Assembly (NCBI RefSeq): GCF_016806735.1 | Contig: NZ_CP060530.1 | Location: forward strand, 810,001-842,000 | Source: Candidatus Micrarchaeum sp. | GTDB lineage: Archaea > Micrarchaeota > Micrarchaeia > Micrarchaeales > Micrarchaeaceae | DNA length: 32,000 nucleotides | Direction: 5' to 3' | Shown: piece after piece, positions 1 to 8,161 of the stretch | How the letters are laid out: each line of letters opens with the position of its first letter | How positions within the stretch are numbered: position 1 is the first letter of the stretch | Notes under the pieces: model-generated | What the model saw: only the letters and a program-made list of their open reading frames with translations | Databases searched by the model: none | What the model was told of the DNA's origin: nothing | Translations under genes and position numbers: made by a program

Positions 1-302
1 AGCACGCCGAGCAGGTTCTTCACCACGTAAAGCTTCCTCATCTTTTCGCTAGTGTCCAGGGCTATTGAATACTGCACATCTATGGAATCCGGCTTTAGCG
101 TTATTATGAAGAAAAGGAAAGGATTTTTCTGCATGTCCCTGCTCTCCACGCTCAGCAGAACCAGGCTGTTGTCCTGCTCGAGCTTGACGGAGAACATCTG
201 CAAGGTGGAGAATCTTTGGGCTATGCTTGGGAAATCGCCAGTTAGCGTGGCCTTGAGCGAGAACTCTGCTATTTTTGGTTCTATCAATCCTGTTTCAGCC
301 AT
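1..302 (-). CDS. hypothetical protein, N-terminal fragment running off the window edge; last visible gene of the minus-strand cluster
   Basis: Not in the ORF track because there is no stop inside the window. Reverse-strand ATG at 300-302, and the frame stays open for 100 codons to position 1 (MAETGLIEPKIAEFSLKATLTGDFPSIAQRF...). It lies 45 nt downstream of the 348..731 gene. Preferred over the + strand ORF 52..411, whose Ser/Leu/Cys-rich product looks like antisense noise. Confidence 0.45.
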   Translation of the reverse strand, partial: MAETGLIEPKIAEFSLKATLTGDFPSIAQRFSTLQMFSVKLEQDNSLVLLSVESRDMQKNPFLFFIITLKPDSIDVQYSIALDTSEKMRKLYVVKNLLGV

Positions 303-347
303 CGGAAGACCTTTAGGTTATCTACAACATAAATTAAAAGTTTATTC

Positions 348-731
348 TTATATTTGTTGCCCTGTGCTTTTGGATGCGCCCCTGCCCTGCTGCTTCAGCC
401 CGGGCATGTAGCTGAGCAGCGACAGGGCGTACATCAATATTATTATTGCGATGCCGGCTGCAACCGCGCCTAGGCTTCTCCCGGTTATTATTAGCAGCGC
501 CGCGAATATGACCCCTATTGCCAGGTACGATACGGTTTTCGAGTTGTACGAATCCCTGGCTTTCTTGTATTTCACGTAGCAATCCTTGCATACTACTAGC
601 CTGTAGTTCTTCTCATTGTGCGTAACGTTGTGCTTGAACCAGCGCAGCGATTTTATAACATAGTCGTCTTTCACTTCGAGCCCGTTGAGCTCCTTTCCGC
701 ATATTATGCATCTTGTCTCCTTTTTCATCAT
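348..731 (-). CDS. small zinc-ribbon membrane protein (N-terminal CxxC...CxxC, two C-terminal TM helices)
   Basis: 127 aa starting ATG-ATG. Motifs CIICGKEL ... VVCKDCYVKY form a 4-Cys ribbon, followed by hydrophobic segments AIGVIFAALLIITG and AVAAGIAIIILMYALSLL. It starts 2 nt after the upstream gene's stop. Confidence 0.65.
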   Translation of the reverse strand: MMKKETRCIICGKELNGLEVKDDYVIKSLRWFKHNVTHNEKNYRLVVCKDCYVKYKKARDSYNSKTVSYLAIGVIFAALLIITGRSLGAVAAGIAIIILMYALSLLSYMPGLKQQGRGASKSTGQQI

Positions 732-733
732 AA

Positions 734-1039
734 TCAGCTAAAATTTATCGTAGCCTCAAAAATCCTCCCGGATTCTGCAAGGAGCTTCTGCTCGTCCATG
801 CTGTCTATGGTGCTGTTTATCGTTACGTCGTCCATGCCAAGCCTCCTGAGCACGTTTACGATTGCGTCCCTCTTCAGGTTTATTTTCTCCAGCATGCCTG
901 CAAACGCTATTGCGTTTATGTGCCTGTGGGCCTTCTCCATGTCCGAGAAGAGCTTGGCCATGCTCGATTCGTCCACCTTGTATATGGTGAGTATGCGCCT
1001 CAGCTCCTGCCTGCTTATCGTAAATGTGTCCTTAGCCAT
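734..1039 (-). CDS. hypothetical small soluble protein, translationally coupled to the upstream ATPase
   Basis: 101 aa with an ATG start that overlaps the ATPase stop by 8 nt. No TM segments and no motif I recognise. Confidence 0.55.
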   Translation of the reverse strand: MAKDTFTISRQELRRILTIYKVDESSMAKLFSDMEKAHRHINAIAFAGMLEKINLKRDAIVNVLRRLGMDDVTINSTIDSMDEQKLLAESGRIFEATINFS

Positions 1040-2549
1040 TCACAGCACCCACGGATGACATTATTCTGGTTATCAATAGGTCCTCTATGCTCAGGTTCTT
1101 GAGGAACTGGACTACGTCCTCGGTAGTTATGCCGTTTGACATAAGCAGGCGTATGAAGTCTAGTATCTTTGAGGACCTGTTCTGGTCGTTGAGGACCTTG
1201 AATATCGAATTTATGGCTTCTGTGCTTACGTTGTATTCTATGAACTTGTTCTTGAGCTCCTCCTCCTCGAACTGGTAGTCCTTCTGTATTATGCCGGCGG
1301 AAAGCTCGCTCTGTGTCAGTATGTCGGTTATGTCTAGCGTGTACACGTATAACGGTTCCTCTCCGCGCACCCTGTCAAGCACAAATATCTCCGGGAAGCG
1401 CAGCGATGTCTGGAATGCCATGTTGACAGCAGCCTGGCCCACGCCGAACTTGCTTATCTCGGAGCGTATGAAGTCGGAGAAGTTTATGGATCCCTGTATG
1501 TAATCGAGGAACTTTTCGAACCTTATCCTTAGTATGAAAGTTGTGCCTACGTTGGAAAATATGGCTTCGTTTATGTCCGTTGGATTCTGCGATGCCACTA
1601 TTAGGCCGAACTGGTATTTTCTGCCCTCCCTGACTATCATGACCGCGTCGCTCTTCTCATCTCCCGCTATCTTCCATGCCTCGTCGAGAACGACAAGGGT
1701 CTTAAGCCCTTTTGCCTCGTTCCAGCCCTCGAAGCGCATGCGTTCCTTGAGCGTCTGAAGTATGAAAAGGGCGGCAAGAGCCCTGAACCTCTCGTCAGGA
1801 AGGCCAGACAGGTCTATGTCGACAAGCCCCGAGTTCGCGAGCTTTTCGAGGTTGACAGTGCTTTTCCTTGCGAAGTAGTCCTCTCCCTCTCGTGCGAACT
1901 GCCTTAGCCTGTATATCGCATTTTCGAGTTCGGCAGGATATTCGTAGGTGCCCTCCTGCAGCTGCTCTTCAAGTATCGATATCGCGTCCTTTAGCGTTGG
2001 CGCTTCCTTGTCCTCCGGCGCAGGTTCGGCAAGAACAAAGCCTGCATTGGTGTACGATTGCTCTATTGCTTCCTCGGTAAGCCTGCGCTGCTCCGGATAC
2101 GAGGCTATGTCGGTAAGTATCTCGAATGACGAAAGTATCTGCTTGACCCTGTCCAGCGGCTTCATGCCGGAAAGGTCCATTATGTTTAGGTAGTCGCCCT
2201 TGCCCAGCGATACTATTATGCCATCGCTCTGCTTGACCCAGGCGCGGTATTCTGCTGCCCAGTCTATTATAACGGCATTGGTGTTCCATATATAGCTGGC
2301 CCTTATCAGGAATGTCTTGACAAAGTAGCTCTTTCCCGCTCCGGTTATTCCCACAACCGCTATGTGCGGATTTGTAAGGTTGGTGAACGACCAGCTGAAC
2401 GGGACCTTGAAAAGCTTGGTGTTGCCTATGAATATTGCCTGGAACGGGTCGTTTATCAGTATGTTTGCCGGCGGCTCCGGCGGCCTCGACAGGAAGGCCC
2501 TTTTGCCCACCTCGTTGCTCATTATATTCTGCAATTTCAGTATGCTCAT
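1032..2549 (-). CDS. VirB4/TrbE/CedB-like (HerA/DUF87-AAA_10 superfamily) P-loop ATPase lacking a long N-terminal domain
   Basis: 505 aa. Walker A GITGAGKS lies at nt 2328-2351 and Walker B LVVLDEAW (DEAW) at nt 1674-1685. A downstream REGRKYQFGLIVASQNPTDI matches the RK...(A/T)TQ..D pattern typical of VirB4/TraC-type ATPases. There are no GspE/FlaI-type Asp/His boxes. Confidence 0.8.
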   Translation of the reverse strand: MSILKLQNIMSNEVGKRAFLSRPPEPPANILINDPFQAIFIGNTKLFKVPFSWSFTNLTNPHIAVVGITGAGKSYFVKTFLIRASYIWNTNAVIIDWAAEYRAWVKQSDGIIVSLGKGDYLNIMDLSGMKPLDRVKQILSSFEILTDIASYPEQRRLTEEAIEQSYTNAGFVLAEPAPEDKEAPTLKDAISILEEQLQEGTYEYPAELENAIYRLRQFAREGEDYFARKSTVNLEKLANSGLVDIDLSGLPDERFRALAALFILQTLKERMRFEGWNEAKGLKTLVVLDEAWKIAGDEKSDAVMIVREGRKYQFGLIVASQNPTDINEAIFSNVGTTFILRIRFEKFLDYIQGSINFSDFIRSEISKFGVGQAAVNMAFQTSLRFPEIFVLDRVRGEEPLYVYTLDITDILTQSELSAGIIQKDYQFEEEELKNKFIEYNVSTEAINSIFKVLNDQNRSSKILDFIRLLMSNGITTEDVVQFLKNLSIEDLLITRIMSSVGAVNG

Positions 2550-2559
2550 TTTTACGACC

Positions 2560-3390
2560 TCAGCTCTGGTTATCGAACATCGTCGAAAGCTCCTTCATGC
2601 CCGTGGGGAGCGAGAAATTGAAGTTGAAAAGCGAATAAAGCTCGCGGCCGATTATCCTTGAGGTTTCTACGTCCATAGAACTGAACGACAGCCTTAATTG
2701 GTTTACCTGCGCGTCAAGCGCGTCAAGAGCGGCCTTCTCGCTTACCCCTATCGCAGTGGTTTCTATGTACATGACTGTGGCTATTGGCTTCTCGCCCTGG
2801 GATATCCTGTTTATCTTGGCCTGTATCATGTTCATTCTCCTTCTTATGTCCGTTAACGTGACCTCGTTCGAATTGTTCTGCATTGCCCTCGACAGCTGAA
2901 ATTCCTGGTAAGAGCGCTTGCCCTCGAGCTCGTCCCTTATGCCCTGGACGTCAAGGCCTGAGGCAAGGACATGGAACTTGAAAGGGAAGTTTATGTTCAT
3001 CACTATGCGCTCCCAAAGCTCCGGCGCGCTTATCATCTTCTCCTCGTCATCTTCCGGAGCGGATTCCTCCCTGAAAGTATAGGCGAAGAGGTTGGCGGTG
3101 ATATAGCCGGTTGCGTAGAATATGCCGTTCACTTCCTTTATAACGGCGTTCTGGTGCTTGTTGATCGTGTAATCCTTCGCAGGCTGGAAGGTTATTCCAA
3201 GTATTGAGGTTATTGCAGAGAAAAGCTTCGCGTCTATCCAGTTCATCGCAAGTATGAAAAGGGTAGTTATAAGCAATAGCAACACGCCTATGTAGTATAA
3301 TATCCCCTTGCCGAGCTCATGCAATGCCAGGAATCCGAAAAGCACTATTATAAGCGAAAAGAGGAGGAATACGAGCTTTGTTTCGTCCAT
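2560..3390 (-). CDS. 2-TM anchored protein with a soluble C-terminal domain; paralog of the 3390..4223 product
   Basis: 276 aa. N-terminal hydrophobic helices are LVFLLFSLIIVLFGFLAL and ILYYIGVLLLLITTLFILAM. It shares colinear patches with the neighbour: VIKEVNGIFYATGYI / ILRKSGENFIATVYI, EDDEEKM / EDDEKL, and IATVMYIETTAIGVSEK / FELSTYMTVSATGVKEY. Confidence 0.75.
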   Translation of the reverse strand: MDETKLVFLLFSLIIVLFGFLALHELGKGILYYIGVLLLLITTLFILAMNWIDAKLFSAITSILGITFQPAKDYTINKHQNAVIKEVNGIFYATGYITANLFAYTFREESAPEDDEEKMISAPELWERIVMNINFPFKFHVLASGLDVQGIRDELEGKRSYQEFQLSRAMQNNSNEVTLTDIRRRMNMIQAKINRISQGEKPIATVMYIETTAIGVSEKAALDALDAQVNQLRLSFSSMDVETSRIIGRELYSLFNFNFSLPTGMKELSTMFDNQS

Positions 3391-4223
3391 TATATTACCT
3401 GTTCCTGTATGTTTTTGCTTATCTGTTCCGTTACCGTCGAAATCGGCAGGAGGTATTCGGGCTCGACAAACCTAAGCAAGTCCGCACCGGTTATTATGCT
3501 AGGCGGGACTCCGAATATGGATCCCACTCCGGACATCAGCTCCTTGGCTTTCTGCTGGGCCAGGCTCGATGCTTCATATTCCTTGACACCGGTTGCAGAC
3601 ACTGTCATATAGGTGCTTAGCTCGAAGGAAAAGCCCTTGCCTATGCTGTCCAGCATGTTGCGCCACATGGCCAGCTTGCCACGGACTCTGTCCAGTTCGT
3701 TCTTCGGCGCGTCCTTGGACTGAAGGTCTGCCTCCTCGTTCTCAGTCATCGTTATCCTTTCCTTGAGCTTCTGTATATAGGAGTCCTTGTTCATCACGTA
3801 GAGCTCCGAGGTATACCTTACCGGATCTTTTGAGAGGCCGACAAGCCTGCTTATTTGCTGTGAAAAGTCTAGTTTTTCGTCATCCTCCATTTCTGTGGCT
3901 GACCTGTACAACGGTATCGATATGTAGACAGTAGCTATAAAATTTTCTCCGGACTTGCGCAGTATCGTATCTCCAGACTGGGCAAGCCAGTATGGATTCT
4001 CGTTGCTAAGTATTACGTGCTTCTTTCTGTGTTTAAGCAGCGGACCAATCAAGTATGAGTAATATCTGGAGGTAAATGCCATTGCGTCCAATACGAGAGA
4101 GATAAAGAATAATATTATTTTTATGTATGAGGGAAGCAGCAGAGAAGGGACAAACATCACTATGCCCATTAACACCGCAGATGCCAGGATTAAACCTACG
4201 AACATCCCCACGTAACTTGCCAT
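3390..4223 (-). CDS. 2-TM anchored protein with a soluble C-terminal domain; paralog of the 2560..3390 product
   Basis: 277 aa with an ATG start. Its stop overlaps the next gene's ATG by 1 nt (TAATG). N-terminal TM helices are followed by a charged, coiled-coil-like soluble domain. Confidence 0.75.
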   Translation of the reverse strand: MASYVGMFVGLILASAVLMGIVMFVPSLLLPSYIKIILFFISLVLDAMAFTSRYYSYLIGPLLKHRKKHVILSNENPYWLAQSGDTILRKSGENFIATVYISIPLYRSATEMEDDEKLDFSQQISRLVGLSKDPVRYTSELYVMNKDSYIQKLKERITMTENEEADLQSKDAPKNELDRVRGKLAMWRNMLDSIGKGFSFELSTYMTVSATGVKEYEASSLAQQKAKELMSGVGSIFGVPPSIITGADLLRFVEPEYLLPISTVTEQISKNIQEQVI

Positions 4224-4295
4224 CGAATCACTACCATATTGCTTTAAAGGTTAATAAATTTACCTATATATATCCACAGTACATATTTTCATTGC

Positions 4296-5921
4296 TTATA
4301 TAAACTTGGCGCGCGCCCTTCCGCTCATGCGTGCGGCTCCGCCTATGAAATTCGCAAGTTGCACGACGAAGGCGTACGTGACCGCGCTTATCAGTGCAGG
4401 ATAGAACAGTATCAGCAGCCAGAAGCTGTTCAGTGAGCTGCTTATGCCTGAAAGGGTAATGACGAGCGGGCTTGAAGGCGTCACAGCGTTATTGACTGCG
4501 CCTTTGCCTACGCTGTACCTGTTGAGCAAAGCCGCAACGTTGTTCATCTGTGTAGCGAGATGCGGAGCAGTGAAATAGAAGGCAACCGCAAATAGGAGGG
4601 GCATTACAAAATAGAATCCGGCGGCAAGGGCTATAAGTATGCCTCCGAGCGACCTCGTTGGAAGCAGAACCCTTAATATGACTCCCGGTATCAGGAAAAC
4701 GGGTATGGCTGCAATTGCGAAAAATACTATTAGATAGTATTCGGCGTACAGCGCCAGTATCCCGTCGTATATGAAGCCGGAAACTACCGCTGTGGGCTCT
4801 ATGAAATATATGTCAAGCGGAAGCAGCGAATATTTTACCACAGTGCCTGTCAGGTTGAGCTGCGGCACAGCAGGCACGCTTAAGTCTACGGACAAGGTGC
4901 TTAGGTACATGTCGTAGTCGTAGGCGTGGAACAGGCCGGTGTATACGTTCTCTGCCGAATTTATTGTAGTAGTTATAAGATGCAGAGAAGTAGCGTAGGG
5001 ATTTATCGCACCGACGAAAACCCCGGGAATAAGGCCGAATATCACGGCGCTAAGATAAACGAAAAATGCTACGATTATGGCACTTGCCACTGCTTCGTAT
5101 AGTTCGCCTATGCCGAAGTTGCGTATCTTGTTGTTTTTGATTCCGGCTCCGACCATGAATATGCCCCCTGCTATGAGGAAGGCTATCATAACGACTATGA
5201 ATGCTATCGGTATGTCTTTCTGCCAGGATAGGTACAGCGATTGGTTTATCGGGCAGTACCATGGCTCGTTCGAGCCCAGGCTCTTTGCCAGGCTTGGTGG
5301 AAGGAAGCCGCACTCTATCTTGGGCGGCGTTGAAGAGGGAGAGCAAGCGATGTATCCCGAGGGACAACCGTTGGTTGGGCCGCTGCTCTGATACTGGCAA
5401 TTGGACGGGCAAGAACTTCCAACAGTTGACGGAAGGCATTCATTGCACGAATAAAAAGCAGTCGTTGTTGTGGATGTGGTTGTTGTAGACGTAGAAGTTG
5501 TCGAGGTGGAAGTTGTGGAAGTAGATGTTGTTGTTGACGTTGTTGTTATTGACGACGAGGTAGTTTTTACAGTAGTTGTAGAAGTTGAGGTAGTAGTTGT
5601 TACACATACTAAGGCCCTGCTTGTTGTTCCAGGACAGTCGAAATGCTCGACCTTGCAGTCGCCTATTGGACAGCTGACCTCTGTCCCGCATTCGTCGCAA
5701 TTGCTGTATTGCGTCATTATCGGTATGCTTAATGTGCTTAAAGTGGAATCGGAAGTGCCTGCATATGCGTATCCGGATGTTGAGTTGATTGCACCGACTG
5801 GCTGCTGGTGCTGGACGTTATGAGGCGCATAGAAGTACGATGCATAGGCCAAGGCAACGGCTATAATTACCGCGTATAGGACGAATGCCATTAATCTCTT
5901 TTCGTTTTGCAAAACTTGCAC
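4296..5921 (-). CDS. polytopic membrane protein, paralog 6 of 6 (RxxPxTRxxGG family), with an N-terminal Cys-rich plus poly-Thr/Ser ectodomain
   Basis: 541 aa. A GTG at 5919-5921 abuts the upstream stop; an alternative ATG at 5889-5891 would give MAFVLYAV.... It has a signal-anchor, two Cys modules flanking a 47-aa T/S run, then the family core (GELYEA ... ILRVLLPTRSLGGILIALAAGFYFVMPLL ... GGAARMSG tail). Confidence 0.8.
   Translation of the reverse strand: MQVLQNEKRLMAFVLYAVIIAVALAYASYFYAPHNVQHQQPVGAINSTSGYAYAGTSDSTLSTLSIPIMTQYSNCDECGTEVSCPIGDCKVEHFDCPGTTSRALVCVTTTTSTSTTTVKTTSSSITTTSTTTSTSTTSTSTTSTSTTTTSTTTTAFYSCNECLPSTVGSSCPSNCQYQSSGPTNGCPSGYIACSPSSTPPKIECGFLPPSLAKSLGSNEPWYCPINQSLYLSWQKDIPIAFIVVMIAFLIAGGIFMVGAGIKNNKIRNFGIGELYEAVASAIIVAFFVYLSAVIFGLIPGVFVGAINPYATSLHLITTTINSAENVYTGLFHAYDYDMYLSTLSVDLSVPAVPQLNLTGTVVKYSLLPLDIYFIEPTAVVSGFIYDGILALYAEYYLIVFFAIAAIPVFLIPGVILRVLLPTRSLGGILIALAAGFYFVMPLLFAVAFYFTAPHLATQMNNVAALLNRYSVGKGAVNNAVTPSSPLVITLSGISSSLNSFWLLILFYPALISAVTYAFVVQLANFIGGAARMSGRARAKFI
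5461..5598 (-). repeat. low-complexity (ACN/AGN)n coding repeat encoding a Thr/Ser run
   Basis: The + strand reads gtcgttgttgtggatgtggttgttgtagacgtagaagttgt.... The minus strand encodes VTTTTSTSTTTVKTTSSSITTTSTTTSTSTTSTSTTSTSTTTTSTTTT. Confidence 0.85.
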
Positions 5922-7037
5922 CTATATGAAATTTGAAAGCAAAGCCATAAAGCTTACCTTTTCGCCTATCGCCTTCGAAAAATCAACTATGAAAGCGTCC
6001 AGTATTATGAAGTTTATGAATGGTATGAATGTCAGTCCAGCTATGACGTACCCGAGCCCAAGTATAAGCCCGCTTGGAAGCAGAGGCAGAGTACTGCCAT
6101 AAGCGAACGTTATGAAGTCCACTATCGCAGATGGAAGAAGCGCGAAGGCCCCGGTGGCGGATATCATGTTCGCGTCTATGAACCCGTATGTTATGCTTAT
6201 CAGAAGAGGGTATATTACGCCGAGGCCCAGGCCGAACGCTATCATCGCGCCTCCGAATGTCCTCGTTATGCCGAAGAGCCTTGCAAACACTCCGAGCGTT
6301 ATGAAAAATATCAGGAACAGTATAGATCCGGATATCAATATTAGCTGCAGGTTGTTTAGCACTAAGAAGAATATCAGGGCAGACATTCCGGAGCCCAGCA
6401 TGCCTTCAAGCCCGTCGGGCATGACGCTCGTAAGCGAGGAGGATATCCCAAATCCTTCGATAGGCTCAAAGCCGAATTCGATTCCCGGAGATGAGCCTGA
6501 GGCTAAGCCTATTACGGAAACAAGGTCAAAATACCCAAGCGCATTGTTGGAAAATGTGCCTATGTCGCATGCCGACAGGTTGAACAGTGTGTTTATGCTT
6601 GGAGTGCTGCACTCTTTTGGGAGCAAGCCCACGGAATTGTAGTAGGTTGAGGGATTTATCAAGAACAGGTAGAAAAGCCCCAGGAATATAAGCAGCAGCA
6701 CTATGGAAAGCAGAGCTTCGTATATCTGTATCTTCGCCCAGTTTTTGGCGTTTGAGCTGTTGATTACGCTCGCGATTATGTAAATAAATGCCGAGATTGT
6801 TATTACTATCAGGACCACTATTATTGCGAGGCCCATGCTGACTACAGGAGGAGTTATGCTGGTGAGCATTATTGGGAATGCTTTTATCTGGGCCAAGATG
6901 CCTGGATGCGACAATATATATGTCTGCAGGCCGTTCTGAACAAAAGCACCTGAACCGGTTCCTGAAGCACCGGCAAGCGGGGCGAGCGCTGCCAAGAGAA
7001 GCACAATGACCGCAAGCATAGATATTTTCATTGTCAC
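5922..7037 (-). CDS. polytopic membrane protein, paralog 5 of 6 (RxxPxTRxxGG family)
   Basis: 371 aa. Start is either GTG at 7035-7037 (GTGA overlap with the upstream stop) or ATG at 7029-7031. Signal peptide MKISMLAVIVLLLAALAPLAGASG. Family motifs: IQIYEA, FARLFGITRTFGGAMIAFGLGLGVIYPLL. Confidence 0.8.
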   Translation of the reverse strand: MTMKISMLAVIVLLLAALAPLAGASGTGSGAFVQNGLQTYILSHPGILAQIKAFPIMLTSITPPVVSMGLAIIVVLIVITISAFIYIIASVINSSNAKNWAKIQIYEALLSIVLLLIFLGLFYLFLINPSTYYNSVGLLPKECSTPSINTLFNLSACDIGTFSNNALGYFDLVSVIGLASGSSPGIEFGFEPIEGFGISSSLTSVMPDGLEGMLGSGMSALIFFLVLNNLQLILISGSILFLIFFITLGVFARLFGITRTFGGAMIAFGLGLGVIYPLLISITYGFIDANMISATGAFALLPSAIVDFITFAYGSTLPLLPSGLILGLGYVIAGLTFIPFINFIILDAFIVDFSKAIGEKVSFMALLSNFI

Positions 7038-8161
7038 ACCAGACCCTTGAGTGCATTCCCGCTTGAAAGGCTCGGCGCGCCAAGATAATCGCCCATAGTC
7101 TCGGCGAAGTCAAGCGAAAGCATTATCGATATCACCACTCCGATTATTACGTATATGCTGGGTGCCACGACACCCTCTATGAAACTTATGAGCATGTCAC
7201 CGCTTATAAAGTTGGCAAGGTAAGACAGGCTTGATACCGGGTTCCCGGAGAACGACGACAGGCTGAATATCGAGGTGTCGAACGTAGTAACCGGCACGTT
7301 AGAGAAGGATACGCTTGTGACGAAGCCGAGTAGAAGCGGAAGCAGTATGTAAAAGCCTATGAAAAGCCCTATGAAAGCCCCGCCTGCCGCACGTGTCCAT
7401 GGTATTGTTCTTAGTACAATCCCAACATAGAGGAATATTGGAAACAGGCCGTATATTATGGCAAGAAAAACCGATAGGCCGAAAAACAACGCTATTATTA
7501 TGCCTGTGAATTCCATCATCATTTTTATTATCTGGTTGACGACAGTAAGTCCCACATAAGGAAGGAATGAGAACCCGAAATAGTTTGGCGCTACGTTTAT
7601 GGTCGTATGCGAAACGATGCTGTAATAGTCCTGTATTATGGTAAGAGACCTGAAATCCGAAGTCGTATTAAGCGCGGTAAGCGTCATAGTATAGCAGTCA
7701 TGGCTGAAAATCCCGTAGAAATTGTAGTTGGAGAATATCCTTCCCGGAGAAGTGCCTCCGGTTATGGCAGCCATTGAGCCAAGCAGGACCAGCAGTATTA
7801 TGAGCGATATGGCTATTTCGCCCATCTCCGTTTTTGAAAAATTGACAAGCAGGTTTATCCCGAGGGCGTACCCTATCGCCCACGCCATTCCGACTATGGC
7901 GAAGATAAGCGCTATTATGGATATTGATATCGTGAAAACTCCGCTGGAAAGCGCGTTCCCAGAAGTTATTTCTGTAGATGATGGTATTATCCCATTAGAC
8001 GTCACAACCCCGTTGGCATTCGTAGTCCCGACGCAGAACGAAGAAGCTTCGCCTGAATAGCCGGCATGGGCCGAGGCAGGGAGCACAACCAGAAGTAGCA
8101 ATAGCAATGCCAGCACAGGCATGCCCCTTGCAGTCATTCCAAATCTTCCAGATGCCATCAT
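7034..8161 (-). CDS. polytopic membrane protein, paralog 4 of 6 (RxxPxTRxxGG family)
   Basis: 375 aa with an ATGA overlap with the upstream gene. Signal peptide ...VLALLLLLLVVLPASAHA. Family motifs: GEIAIS, VLRTIPWTRAAGGAFIGLFIGFYILLPLL. Confidence 0.8.
   Translation of the reverse strand: MMASGRFGMTARGMPVLALLLLLLVVLPASAHAGYSGEASSFCVGTTNANGVVTSNGIIPSSTEITSGNALSSGVFTISISIIALIFAIVGMAWAIGYALGINLLVNFSKTEMGEIAISLIILLVLLGSMAAITGGTSPGRIFSNYNFYGIFSHDCYTMTLTALNTTSDFRSLTIIQDYYSIVSHTTINVAPNYFGFSFLPYVGLTVVNQIIKMMMEFTGIIIALFFGLSVFLAIIYGLFPIFLYVGIVLRTIPWTRAAGGAFIGLFIGFYILLPLLLGFVTSVSFSNVPVTTFDTSIFSLSSFSGNPVSSLSYLANFISGDMLISFIEGVVAPSIYVIIGVVISIMLSLDFAETMGDYLGAPSLSSGNALKGLV

Noticed and set aside
52-411. 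+ strand ORF of 119 aa at the left edge
   Set aside because: Its product is Ser/Leu/Cys-rich with no motifs. It is antisense to a cleaner minus-strand ORF (ATG at 300-302) that continues the co-directional cluster, and it also overlaps the end of the 348..731 gene.
618-1058. + strand ORF of 146 aa overlapping the 348..731 and 734..1039 genes
   Set aside because: It is a shadow ORF spanning two tightly coupled minus-strand genes, with hydrophobic, Ser-rich composition typical of antisense frames.
1032-2549. ATPase as an archaellum or type IV pilus motor (FlaI/PilB/GspE), or as HerA-NurA repair helicase
   Set aside because: The Walker B DEAW and the RK...ASQ..D motif fit the VirB4/TraC type. 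There are no GspE Asp/His boxes, no FlaJ/PilC-like partner and no NurA, Mre11 or Rad50 neighbours. The surrounding genes are all membrane proteins.
5470-5823. + strand ORF encoding MDVVVVDVEVVEVEVVEVDVVVDVVVIDDEVV...
   Set aside because: It is simply the reverse-complement reading of the (ACN)n Thr/Ser repeat in the 541-aa membrane protein gene and is not an independent gene.
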